Source of the DNA: Desulfotalea psychrophila LSv54 | GTDB taxonomy: Bacteria; Desulfobacterota; Desulfobulbia; Desulfobulbales; Desulfocapsaceae | Reading direction: 5' to 3' | Assembly: GCF_000025945.1 (NCBI RefSeq) | Contig: NC_006138.1 | Span: 660,001-692,000 of the forward strand | DNA: 32,000 nucleotides | Shown: in pieces, positions 1-8,121 of the stretch | Layout of the letters: every line of letters starts with the position of its first letter | How positions within the stretch are numbered: position 1 is the stretch's first letter | The notes under the pieces: model-generated | Seen by the model: only the letters and a program-made list of their open reading frames with translations | What the model was told of the DNA's origin: nothing | Database searches by the model: none | Position numbers and translations under genes: made by a program

Positions 1-1
1 A

Positions 2-124
2 AAAGAGGTCAGGGCCAATCGCAGTGAAGCCGAAACACTGGGCAATAATCTGGGCGAGTATATTCTCGAAAACGGCGGTCGTGAGATGTTGGCGGAGATT
101 CGTCGCCAGCAAGCTGGAGAGTAG
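2..124 (+). CDS. 3' end of an upstream gene (last 40 codons, product unknown)
   Basis: Frame 2 is open from the window edge to TAG at 122-124. It reads KEVRANRSEAETLGNNLGEYILENGGREMLAEIRRQQAGE*, a protein-like hydrophilic tail. It is absent from the ORF track because no start codon lies in the window. Confidence 0.3.
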   Translation, partial: KEVRANRSEAETLGNNLGEYILENGGREMLAEIRRQQAGE

Positions 125-187
125 ACAGAGCCACCTCTACACCTGTGTGGCAGGAGACTGCCGCACAACATTGGGAACGGGATCAGT

Positions 188-893
188 ATGCGTCTTGAAT
201 GTCATAACCTCTATTTTTCTTATCCGGGTACGGATATTACCATCCTGGAAAAGATGAGCTGCGCCTTTTCCCGGCCCGGCTTCCACTCCGTCTTCGGCCC
301 ATCGGGGGTGGGCAAGAGCTCCTTTGCCAAGCTGATTGCCAGGGCCAACAGTCCCACCCAAGAAGACTATCAGGGCAGCATCGTACTTGATGGCATCGAA
401 AAGATTCTCTACTCATACAACCTCGAACGCCTCCCCGGTTGGGAAAGCACTGGCAAGCATCTGGAAAAGATCGTTGCTCCCGCTAAGCACGCCCTCAAAG
501 AGAATCTCATCGACATTTTTGAAATCAGGCCCCTTCCTGGGGTCACGCTTCAACAAACTCTCCATGGGCCAACAGAACAGGGTCAACCTCATCCGCTACC
601 TTCTCCAGGATTTCGACCTTCTTATCCTCGATGAGAGCCTGGCCAACGTTGACGAAAAACTGCGCCAAACAATCATCGTCCATATCAAGGAAATTTTTCC
701 TGAAAAGATGTTTCTCTATATATCTCATAACCTGATGGAGGTCTCCTCTTTCTGCGATGAAATCATGGTCTTTGGGGCCAACAATGAAAAAAAACATTAC
801 CGGGTAATCGAAGGCCAGAACTGCCAGCTGAATAGAGAAGTAGACAAAAGAAAACGAGATGTTACAATGCTAGAAGTAATGAACTCCTTCTAA
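188..893 (+). pseudogene. ABC transporter ATP-binding protein (NitT/TauT-like), interrupted by a +1 frameshift
   Basis: Walker A (GPSGVGKSS) lies in ORF 188..634. The signature-like LSMGQQNRV, Walker B LLILDES and H-loop ISHN lie in the overlapping ORF 336..893 in another frame. The frames join cleanly at the C-run 530-533 (..DIFEIRP | FLGSRFNKLSMGQQ..). Confidence 0.7.
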
Positions 894-923
894 GTATTTC
901 AGAACTATATCTCGGAGAATAAG

Positions 924-1679
924 ATGCTTTTTCGAAGAATATATCAGTTTCTTATCGTCTACCTCACCGGGGTAAGCACCCTGCTGCTCATCAAGCATAG
1001 CCTGCAGCTCTCCAACTACGTCATCCCCAACATTCCACTTATCCTGGAGACCGCCCAGACTAACGCAGGCCCCTATTTCCTCGATGTACTCAATACCCTG
1101 GGCATAGCCGTGCTCGGGCAGATAATCTCCATCGCTCTGGCCTTTAGCGTCGGCATTGCCGGCAGAAGATCTTCCTGGATGGGTTCTTTTATCAAGATGG
1201 CTGCCTACAATATCCAGGCATATCCCATTGTCGCTCTGGCCCCGATCATCTTTATCCTTCTGGGCGACGGCTTTATCCCCCGACTTCTTATCGCCTCCAT
1301 GATCTGCTACTTCCCCCTCCTCCTCTCCGTCCTGGGCATAATGTCCACCCCAATTAAGGATATCGAACACTTCTACCGGGTCACCGGCAGAATGCGCTGG
1401 CAACTTGAGGTAAAGATCCGGGCCTTTGAAAACCTGAATAAACTGACCACCGTCATTTCCGGCAGTGCCACCCTGGCCATGGCAGGGGCCATTGTGGCCG
1501 AATTTATTGCCGCCAATGCCGGCATTGGCTATTCAATCCGTATAGCCCTCTACCAGAGCGATCTGGCCAAGATACTTATTGCCCTCTTTATGATCGGCAT
1601 CGTCATATCCGTCTACCAGGGCTTTTTGGAATCTTGCAGTGAAAAAGCCAAGATACACTGGGGAATAGCGGGAGACTAA
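924..1679 (+). CDS. ABC transporter permease (binding-protein-dependent inner-membrane component, NitT/TauT-like)
   Basis: 251 aa, multi-span hydrophobic protein. It sits directly after the ATPase and before the binding-protein gene. ATG at 924 is preceded by GGAGA. Confidence 0.85.
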   Translation: MLFRRIYQFLIVYLTGVSTLLLIKHSLQLSNYVIPNIPLILETAQTNAGPYFLDVLNTLGIAVLGQIISIALAFSVGIAGRRSSWMGSFIKMAAYNIQAYPIVALAPIIFILLGDGFIPRLLIASMICYFPLLLSVLGIMSTPIKDIEHFYRVTGRMRWQLEVKIRAFENLNKLTTVISGSATLAMAGAIVAEFIAANAGIGYSIRIALYQSDLAKILIALFMIGIVISVYQGFLESCSEKAKIHWGIAGD

Positions 1680-1716
1680 GTCTGAGTAGCATACCCTCAA
1701 CCTTAAAGGAATCTGC

Positions 1717-2688
1717 ATGAAAACAATATTCGCCCTCATCCTCGGTTGCTGCCTCCTCACCTTCTCCACCAGCAGCGCCTGCGCCCAGGAGGAGACCCTG
1801 CACTACCGACTCAAATGGCTCTTTAACTCAAGTGTTGCCGGCGATATCTACGCAGAGAGCGGGGGATATTTTGCCAAGGAGGGACTAAAGGTCAAGGTCA
1901 AGGAGGGAAGTCCAGAGAAAAACGCCATCAAGGAGTTAGAACTGGGACAGGCAGATTTTGGGGTGGCCTCAGCCGATCAGGTTATCAGGGCTCTGGAAAA
2001 GGGAGCCAAGGTGGTGGTCCTTGCCCAGATATTTCAGATAAACCCCATGCAGTGGATCTACCGGGTCGAGCAGGCACCGATAGAGAAGGCCACAGATCTG
2101 AAGGGACGGAGCATTGGCTACACCTATGGTGGTAATGACGAGACGATCATGAAGACCCTCCTGGCCCGGGCCGGCATCAGCCAGGTGAAAATCACCGGGG
2201 CCCGTTTTGACTTCACCCCATTTCTCACCGGCAAGGTCGATCTCTGGCCCGTATACCGCAACTCCCAGGGCGTTATCCTTAAGGAGAAGCTGGGAAAAGA
2301 GGGGGAGAAGGTACTCTTCTTCAACCCGGCAGACTTCGGGGTCAACTTTGTGGCCAACTCGGTGGTCACCTCGGAAAAAATGGTCAAAGAACATCCAGAA
2401 ACCGTAAGGAAATTTCGCCGGGCCCTGCTCAAGGGCTGGAAAGCGGCCATGAACCCGGAAAATGAGGTGAAGGTCCTTGAGGCCATTGCCCTCAGAGACA
2501 GGGACAACAGTAGGGAGATCCGCAGGCGTCAACTTCAGGCAACCAGACTTTTGGTCGTCCCTAAGAACCTTGAAGAGATGGGACAGATAAACCGTAAGGC
2601 CTGGCAACAGACCGAGGAGATCATGCTTGAGGAGAAACAGATCAAAAGAGCTGTGCATGTGGAGAGGGTCCTGTGGGAGGAAAAGTAA
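1717..2688 (+). CDS. ABC transporter substrate-binding protein (NMT1/THI5 / SsuA-TauA-like)
   Basis: 323 aa with an N-terminal signal peptide (MKTIFALILGCCLLTFSTSSACA). The periplasmic binding-protein-like sequence includes YRLKWLFNSSVAGDIYAE and GVASADQV. AAGGA RBS upstream; third gene of the transporter operon. Confidence 0.85.
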   Translation: MKTIFALILGCCLLTFSTSSACAQEETLHYRLKWLFNSSVAGDIYAESGGYFAKEGLKVKVKEGSPEKNAIKELELGQADFGVASADQVIRALEKGAKVVVLAQIFQINPMQWIYRVEQAPIEKATDLKGRSIGYTYGGNDETIMKTLLARAGISQVKITGARFDFTPFLTGKVDLWPVYRNSQGVILKEKLGKEGEKVLFFNPADFGVNFVANSVVTSEKMVKEHPETVRKFRRALLKGWKAAMNPENEVKVLEAIALRDRDNSREIRRRQLQATRLLVVPKNLEEMGQINRKAWQQTEEIMLEEKQIKRAVHVERVLWEEK

Positions 2689-2702
2689 GATACGAAAAAA
2701 AC

Positions 2703-2763
2703 GTTAACCACAGAGACCACAGAGGACACAGAGATTTTTTTGGTAAAGAGCAAAGTGCAAAAG
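2703..2763. repeat. Dispersed intergenic repeat module (aaccac..gaggacacagag + T-run + ggtaaagaGcaaagNgc)
   Basis: Near-identical module recurs at 5682-5740. The first half also recurs at 2790-2817 and 18903-18930. Confidence 0.7.
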
Positions 2764-2789
2764 ACTAGATGCTAGATGCGAGAAAAAGC

Positions 2790-2901
2790 GTTAACCACTG
2801 CTACCGAGAGCACAGAGTTTTTGTATGAAATAAAATGAGTTGCTCAGCAACGTTGAGCGGTTTAAATATTCTCCCCTCTGTGTCCTGCAAGCAGTGGTTA
2901 A
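2790..2901. repeat. Composite inverted-repeat element (MITE/REP-like or structured RNA)
   Basis: gttaaccactgctaccgagagcacagag (2790-2817) is the imperfect reverse complement of ctctgtgtcctgcaagcagtggttaa (2876-2901). An internal hairpin gttgc-tca-gcaac lies at 2839-2851. A second copy with the same layout is at 18903-18996. Confidence 0.6.
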
Positions 2902-3063
2902 TTTTCAAAGCCCCTCAATAAATTTGCCCTGCTCCAGAGGACAGAAATTACTCTCCTGCTGCTCCGCCATTAGCCCTTGCCATGGGGCAGGGCCGGTGCT
3001 ATTATCGCCTAGTTAGCTAAAAAGATCCGAGAGGATTAAAGATTTTTCTTTAGGTGAGAAGAT

Positions 3064-3411
3064 ATGTTGTCCCTGTTTTTTAAATGCTCCATTGGTGCAT
3101 TTGCCGTTTTAACGATCGCCCTGCTCTCCAGATCAAAGAGCTTTTTTATCGCCGGCCTCGTCCCCCTCTTTCCCACCTTCGCCCTTATTGCCCACTATAT
3201 TGTCGGCTCCGAACGCAGCCCCATGGAACTGAGAACAACGGCCCTCTTTGGTCTCTACTCGATAATGCCCTATGCCGCCTATCTCTTTGCCGTCTACTAC
3301 TTCAGCATCAGATTTAATTTGGTTACCAACCTGCTTCTCTCCACGGCTATTTGGATCATCTTTGCCGCTGTTCTGTTGGTCACTTGGGTTAAGTTGCATC
3401 CGGCGGTTTAG
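3064..3411 (+). CDS. glpM: GlpM family membrane protein
   Basis: 115 aa with four hydrophobic spans. The block AGLVPLFPTFALIAHYIVGSER matches my recollection of the conserved core of E. coli GlpM. GGTGAGAAG RBS upstream. Confidence 0.7.
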   Translation: MLSLFFKCSIGAFAVLTIALLSRSKSFFIAGLVPLFPTFALIAHYIVGSERSPMELRTTALFGLYSIMPYAAYLFAVYYFSIRFNLVTNLLLSTAIWIIFAAVLLVTWVKLHPAV

Positions 3412-3442
3412 AACAAAAATAAGATACTAGCAGTGAAGCGAA

Positions 3443-3752
3443 GCGGAATGGCGGATGCGAGATGTTAGATGCTAGATGCGAGAAAAAGCCGTGAGATGGC
3501 CAGACGGGTTAGTTTTTTCCACATACTACACTATCAAGACTGCAAAAGAGGAAATTAGATGGGGAAATCATCTAGAACAGGTTCACTTCACATCTGTTGC
3601 CCTGCCCTATTTTAACACGTCCCTGCCCCTGCTTCAGCATCAATATGCACACCCACGCCACCTCCTCACCAACCGACACACACCCCTGCCTCCACCCCCT
3701 CACCAAGGTGGAGAGGCGTTCTGCCGCATTAATCTAGCACATTGCTACAGTC
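3443..3752 (+). repeat. Long intergenic repeat, copy 1 (conserved ends, divergent C/A-rich centre)
   Basis: The left block gcggaatggcggatgc..tagatgcgagaaaaagccgtgagatggccagacgggttagttttttccacatacta.actatcaagactg.aaaagaggaaattagatgg is almost identical to 5815-5925. The right block gg.ggagaggcgttctgccgcattaatctagcacatt...acagtc is almost identical to 6022-6068. Track ORF 3476..3784 is a translation of this repeat. Confidence 0.85.
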
Positions 3753-3858
3753 AAAACGCTGATCTTGTTTTGACGTGGGAATAGTGATAGCCTCTAACTG
3801 TTTCAATGAATTGAAGAAATCACCCACCTATTAACAGTGTTAAGAGAGAAACAGGACA

Positions 3859-4779
3859 ATGAAACTATCAGCAGAGGCCCGTAAAAGAGCAATTACGTTT
3901 ATCAACAGAGAAGGGCGCCCTTTGGAGAGGGCGATTTGCGAGCACCTCTTTGCCGGTGGAGCCAGGGATCGAGTTCTGCAGGAGCTGGTCAAATTCCAGA
4001 ACCCGGACGGTGGTTTTGGCAATGGACTGGAACCGGATCTGAGATCAGCCGAAAGCTCTGTACTCTGCACCTCTGTTGCTTTGGAAATCCTTGCTGACCT
4101 GAATATCGGCTGTGATGAACCAATGCTTAAAGGGGCAATCTCATTCCTGATGAACACCTACGACGAGGAGAGGCATGTCTGGAGAATCATCCCCCAAACT
4201 GCCGAGTCAAGCCCCCACGCCCCTTGGTGGAACAGAACCGGACTTGAGAAGACCTTTGGAAACTTCCTCACAAACCCAAGGGCAAGGATCTGCGGATATC
4301 TCTTTCATTATCGGCAGTTGACCCCGGAAAAATTTCGCACTGAGCTACTTGCCCGTGTCCTTGAGCATATGGAAGGTGAAGAGGACAAAATTCCCGGTGA
4401 TTCACTCCTCTGCTATATCTCTCTTTCCCAGTGCGACAATCTGCCAACGGACTCCTCCGCCCGCCTAAACCAGAAAATCATGCAGATGATCCCCGCTTCC
4501 GTTGAAACAGACAGCACCAAGTGGGAAGATTACTGTCTAAAACCGATCTGGACAATAACATCACCACATTCACCCTACCACCACCTCATTGCTGAAGCCA
4601 TCGACAGGAACCTGGACTATGAGATCCAACATCAGGAGAAAGACGGCTCATGGAAACCATTCTGGAATTGGGCCGGGGCCTACCCAGAGGATTGGCTGAT
4701 AGCCGAAAGGGAGTGGCGCGGAAAAATCACCTTGGACATGCTCAGAGTAATTGCCGCCTTCGGCAGAATCGAAAAATAG
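3859..4779 (+). CDS. Hypothetical protein with terpenoid-cyclase/prenyltransferase-like (alpha/alpha toroid, QW-type) repeats
   Basis: 306 aa. Two QW-like motifs are present: KFQNPDGGFGNG and QHQEKDGSWKPFW. ATG at 3859 follows ACAGGA. No closer identification is possible by eye. Confidence 0.55.
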   Translation: MKLSAEARKRAITFINREGRPLERAICEHLFAGGARDRVLQELVKFQNPDGGFGNGLEPDLRSAESSVLCTSVALEILADLNIGCDEPMLKGAISFLMNTYDEERHVWRIIPQTAESSPHAPWWNRTGLEKTFGNFLTNPRARICGYLFHYRQLTPEKFRTELLARVLEHMEGEEDKIPGDSLLCYISLSQCDNLPTDSSARLNQKIMQMIPASVETDSTKWEDYCLKPIWTITSPHSPYHHLIAEAIDRNLDYEIQHQEKDGSWKPFWNWAGAYPEDWLIAEREWRGKITLDMLRVIAAFGRIEK

Positions 4780-5057
4780 CAGCACAAACACAGTCCGCTC
4801 TTCCCGCTAATTACGTAGCCGCAATTTTTTTTTGTGCAGAATCAATGTATTACTAATTCTCTACCTGTGATTGGATTTCAGGAACTTTTTCCAAAGACAA
4901 CGCTACACTGATGACTTGTATTTTTCTCAACAATACCAACCGAACTCCGTTGCAAGTCTTCGCCGATGGGAATGTTACACTTATTGCTTGAACTCGGCGC
5001 CACGTGGGTTCAGTGGCGACTACGTCAACCATGTTCAAAAAAAGCAGAGAGGATCAT

Positions 5058-5483
5058 ATGAAAAGAATGCTCATGTTATTTGTATTACTACCCGTCTGTA
5101 GCTGTACGGCAATAAATGTCAAACCGCTTGCCATTAATGCAAATGACAATATCGCCTGTATAAAAGAAAACCCAAAAGTCAAAGTGCCTCGTTTCCTTGA
5201 TATTGTTGTTAATGGTTTCGAAGAACACGACTTCACAACCCGGGTATACCAAAACACTCCCAATAATAGTTGCGATCTCCTTGTCACGTATACAGCTACA
5301 CGCAATTGGGATGTTTCACCATATATGACCGATGCAGAAATTTGGGTGAAAGATCGCTCCGGAAAACGCGTTGGTTACGGTCAATACCATTTAAAAGGAG
5401 GCGGTGGATTAGCCTTAAATAAATGGGCCAGTACAGAAAGCAAAATGGAACAAGTATTTACAGAACTGTTTGCAAAACACTGA
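5058..5483 (+). CDS. Small lipoprotein of unknown function
   Basis: MKRMLMLFVLLPVCSC signal/lipobox. ATG at 5058 is preceded by AGAGAGGA, so it is preferred over the track start at 5004. G+C looks lower than the backbone. Confidence 0.6.
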   Translation: MKRMLMLFVLLPVCSCTAINVKPLAINANDNIACIKENPKVKVPRFLDIVVNGFEEHDFTTRVYQNTPNNSCDLLVTYTATRNWDVSPYMTDAEIWVKDRSGKRVGYGQYHLKGGGGLALNKWASTESKMEQVFTELFAKH

Positions 5484-5681
5484 TTAATGGTAAAGCTCTA
5501 CCCAACATGGTCATCCGAATGGGAAATGATTTTGCCCTAAATTAAAAAACAAAAACAAATTGTGGTGGGTCACGCAGGCTTGCGTCGCCGCCGGTTACCA
5601 AAATGGGCCACCACTGCCCCTCCCCTCACATTTGCCCCTTCTGACAGATAAGGGCTTACAGGCTCATTATCAGGTCAAAAA

Positions 5682-5740
5682 TCAACCACTGCCACCGAGG
5701 ACACGGAGTTTTTTTGGTAAAGAACAAAGGGCGAGATGCC
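5682..5740. repeat. Dispersed intergenic repeat module (second copy of 2703-2763)
   Basis: tcaaccactgccaccgaggacacggag tttttttggtaaagaacaaagggcgagatgcc aligns with 2703-2763. Confidence 0.7.
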
Positions 5741-5814
5741 AGCAGTGGAGCAGCAGCGAGTAGCAGTGAGTGACAACGAGTGGCGTCAGCAGCGTAGCGG
5801 CGAACGAGTGGCGA

Positions 5815-6068
5815 GCGGAATGGCGGATGCTAGATGCGAGAAAAAGCCGTGAGATGGCCAGACGGGTTAGTTTTTTCCACATACTATACTATCAAGACTG
5901 TAAAAGAGGAAATTAGATGGGAAAATCACCTTAAACAGACACCCCACTCACCCTGCTTGTCACCAAACACCCCGCTAACCGATTGCACCCTCACTAACCA
6001 ATTGCACTCTCCCCCTCGCCAAGGGGGAGAGGCGTTCTGCCGCATTAATCTAGCACATTAAGACAGTC
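5815..6068 (+). repeat. Long intergenic repeat, copy 2 (direct orientation relative to 3443-3752)
   Basis: Same conserved end blocks as copy 1. It abuts the left edge of the AT-rich island. Track ORF 5834..6061 (MREKAVRWPDGLVFSTYYTIKT..) is a translation of the repeat. Confidence 0.85.
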
Positions 6069-6408
6069 GCAATTCACTCCTTGCCATGGAGCATCCATGG
6101 TAGTATTATCTAAATGTTTCAAATAGTTATATTATTTTTACGGAGTTAGGGCCATATGACCTTTTTCTATTAATGCCGTTAGGCAATAATTTATAGCAAC
6201 GAATTTCCACCCTTAAGATAGGTCAAAAAATAATTATTGAGCTTTTAACATTTGACTGCGACAGTCTAATTAACTGTCTTTATTAAATTCAAAATACAAC
6301 TCCGACATCTTGATTCTCAATCATCTTATTTTTTGAGAGAATAGTTGCACATATCTGGCACCACATCTTGCATGTTTAAAATTTTGAAAAAAAGAAGGCA
6401 TATAAATT

Positions 6409-7647
6409 ATGACAGATACGAATCACGGTGCTAGAGGCCCTGCGTTGGGATATTATTACCAAGCAATTTATGCCTTAATTAAATTGTTTTCTTCAAAAAA
6501 TGACAATGCATTTGTAAGCATTGAAACATTTGATGATGTGTATCATGATGATGGCGGCAAAAAAGAATTAATACAATTAAAACATTCTATAACTAAAAAT
6601 ACAAAAATTAGCATTAAAAGCAAGGAACTATGGAAAACGATAAAAGTTTGGTGTGATTTCCTTCTAACAAATGACCCAAAAGATGGGACTTTCACCCTAG
6701 CAACAGTGGCTTCATTGGATCCAGAGAGTTCTTTAAATTCTTTAACCACCGCCAATTCATCTCGACTTCAACTTGAAAATGATTTGTTATCAGAAGCCAG
6801 CAGAGTCAAAAAAGAAAGAGATGAAATAGAAGAAGAAAATAAAATAAGGTTATCCCAAAAACAAAAAGAAAAAACACTGCCTCACGAAAACCGCTATAAA
6901 GGATGTGAGGCTTTTATTAAATTAGCCCCAAAGAAAAGAAATGACCTAATAACAAATATCAATTTAGTTGTAGATTCTTTTACAATAGACAATGCAAAAG
7001 AAAAAGTTATTGAATATATTCGTTTCAACACCCAGCCCAACAACCATGAATCTCTTATTGAAAGTATAATAGCTTGGTGGGACAGAGAAGCAGTAAGATC
7101 TTTAACTCGGGAAAGGGATGAATGCATCCACTTTAGTGAATTGCAAGAATTTATAGCAAGAAAAAACTCTGAATTATACCATGATGGTTTTACGGATGAT
7201 CTAGATGAAATGGATATACCTGAAGTGAAAAACCCAAATAAAATACAATCACAACAACTAGAAATTATAAAAGCCACTAAAACTCAGAAAAGAAGATCCT
7301 ACGACACAGAAATCAAAGCTAGAATTCAAAGAAAGAAGTGGATGGATGACAATTTACCGGCATCTTCAAAACTAACTAATTACGACAATTTGCTAACAAA
7401 AGAATGGTCTTATCAATTTGAAGAAATGAATGACAATGCTACAAACTACGACGAAAAAGAAAAGGAAGAAAAAGGAAGAAAACTATTAGATTGGTCTCAC
7501 CAAGTAGCACATGTTCAAGTAAAGCCAATCTCAAAAAATTATTCGAATCCAGATTTAGTTCGTGGCAGTTATCAAATGTTGTCTACCACCAAGAAAGTTG
7601 GATGGCACTGTGACTATAATTTTCTAATCAAATCACCAAAAAAATAA
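6409..7647 (+). CDS. Effector of a three-gene conflict system: N-terminal Cap4/DUF4297-type (restriction-endonuclease-fold) nuclease plus helical C-terminal domain (LmuA/DdmA-like)
   Basis: 412 aa. The N-terminus GPALGYYYQAIYALIKLF..FVSIETFDDVYHDD..ELIQLKHS has the GxxYQ helix, an acidic cluster and the QxK motif typical of the DUF4297/Cap4 dsDNA nuclease domain. The middle is Lys/Glu-rich and helical. The C-terminus ends in ..RGSYQMLSTTKKVGWHCDY. AGAAGG RBS upstream. The stop lies 2 nt before the next start. Confidence 0.7.
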   Translation: MTDTNHGARGPALGYYYQAIYALIKLFSSKNDNAFVSIETFDDVYHDDGGKKELIQLKHSITKNTKISIKSKELWKTIKVWCDFLLTNDPKDGTFTLATVASLDPESSLNSLTTANSSRLQLENDLLSEASRVKKERDEIEEENKIRLSQKQKEKTLPHENRYKGCEAFIKLAPKKRNDLITNINLVVDSFTIDNAKEKVIEYIRFNTQPNNHESLIESIIAWWDREAVRSLTRERDECIHFSELQEFIARKNSELYHDGFTDDLDEMDIPEVKNPNKIQSQQLEIIKATKTQKRRSYDTEIKARIQRKKWMDDNLPASSKLTNYDNLLTKEWSYQFEEMNDNATNYDEKEKEEKGRKLLDWSHQVAHVQVKPISKNYSNPDLVRGSYQMLSTTKKVGWHCDYNFLIKSPKK

Positions 7648-7649
7648 AT

Positions 7650-8111
7650 ATGACTATAAACATTGATATATTAGCTGAAACCAATCCCGCTTTTAGCTCA
7701 TTGGTGATATTAAGCTTCATCAAAGGATATTGCGAAGAAGCTGATGAATCAGCGCCATATCCAATTTTATTATTACCACTTCCAATAATTCTTTCTGGTG
7801 ATTTAAATCACACTTTTAACAACACTAGCAAGAGAACAGGATTTTACAGATGGTTATCAAATAATCCAACTGTAAAGTTTAACCTTACTAAACGAATTGA
7901 AGGGTCGCTAGAATTCATTACACCTGCTATAGAATATGGCTTTTTTAAAGGTATCTTTATTTTATCCGATACTGGCAACATCTTACCAAATCTAGAAAAC
8001 ATCGGTAATTACTCTAAAGAAAACGGCATTGCTATTTACTTTAAAAATGCCGAACGACTGGGAGGATGGCTTGGCGCAATCAAATCCGAAAGGACAATTT
8101 ACAATCATTAG
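7650..8111 (+). CDS. Small middle component of the three-gene system (LmuC/DdmB / ABC-3C middle-component-like)
   Basis: 153 aa with no recognisable catalytic motif. The position and size match the middle gene of Lamassu type II / ABC-3C operons. ATG at 7650 follows the upstream TAA (7645-7647) by 2 nt, and the stop at 8109-8111 is 10 nt before the next ATG. It has the same AT-rich composition as its neighbours. Confidence 0.6.
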   Translation: MTINIDILAETNPAFSSLVILSFIKGYCEEADESAPYPILLLPLPIILSGDLNHTFNNTSKRTGFYRWLSNNPTVKFNLTKRIEGSLEFITPAIEYGFFKGIFILSDTGNILPNLENIGNYSKENGIAIYFKNAERLGGWLGAIKSERTIYNH

Positions 8112-8121
8112 GAATAAAATT

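Noticed and set aside
24-257. Track ORFs 24..257 (+) and 137..361 (-) at the left edge.
   Set aside because: 24..257 overlaps both the better frame-2 C-terminal fragment (2..124) and the start of the ABC ATPase gene. 137..361 overlaps the ATPase gene start on the opposite strand. Their sequences are Cys/Arg/Trp-rich and not protein-like.
1969-2658. Long antisense ORFs inside well-supported genes, for example 1969..2658(-), 870..1403(-), 12232..12732(-), 15019..15612(+), 16326..16808(+), 21995..22636(+), 23305..23787(+) and 30932..31819(-).
   Set aside because: Each lies opposite or out of frame to a CDS with clear family motifs. Their translations are Arg/Gly/Pro/Leu-rich shadow sequences typical of mid-to-high-G+C antisense frames.
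3476-3784. Track ORFs 3476..3784 and 5834..6061, both starting MREKAVRWPDGLVFSTYYTIKT.., look like a duplicated gene.
   Set aside because: They lie wholly inside the long intergenic repeat. Similarity is at the nucleotide level and collapses in the middle. The translations are low-complexity (P/H/T-rich) and there is no RBS. They are better explained as repeat DNA.
5004-5057. The upstream start (5004) for the lipoprotein gene.
   Set aside because: It would place 18 non-signal residues ahead of a canonical signal/lipobox. ATG 5058 has a good RBS (AGAGAGGA).
8029-8121. The ORF-track start at 8029 for the ATPase gene.
   Set aside because: It would overlap the middle gene by 83 nt and add a non-conserved-looking leader. 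ATG 8122 has an AGGA RBS and begins immediately after the upstream stop.
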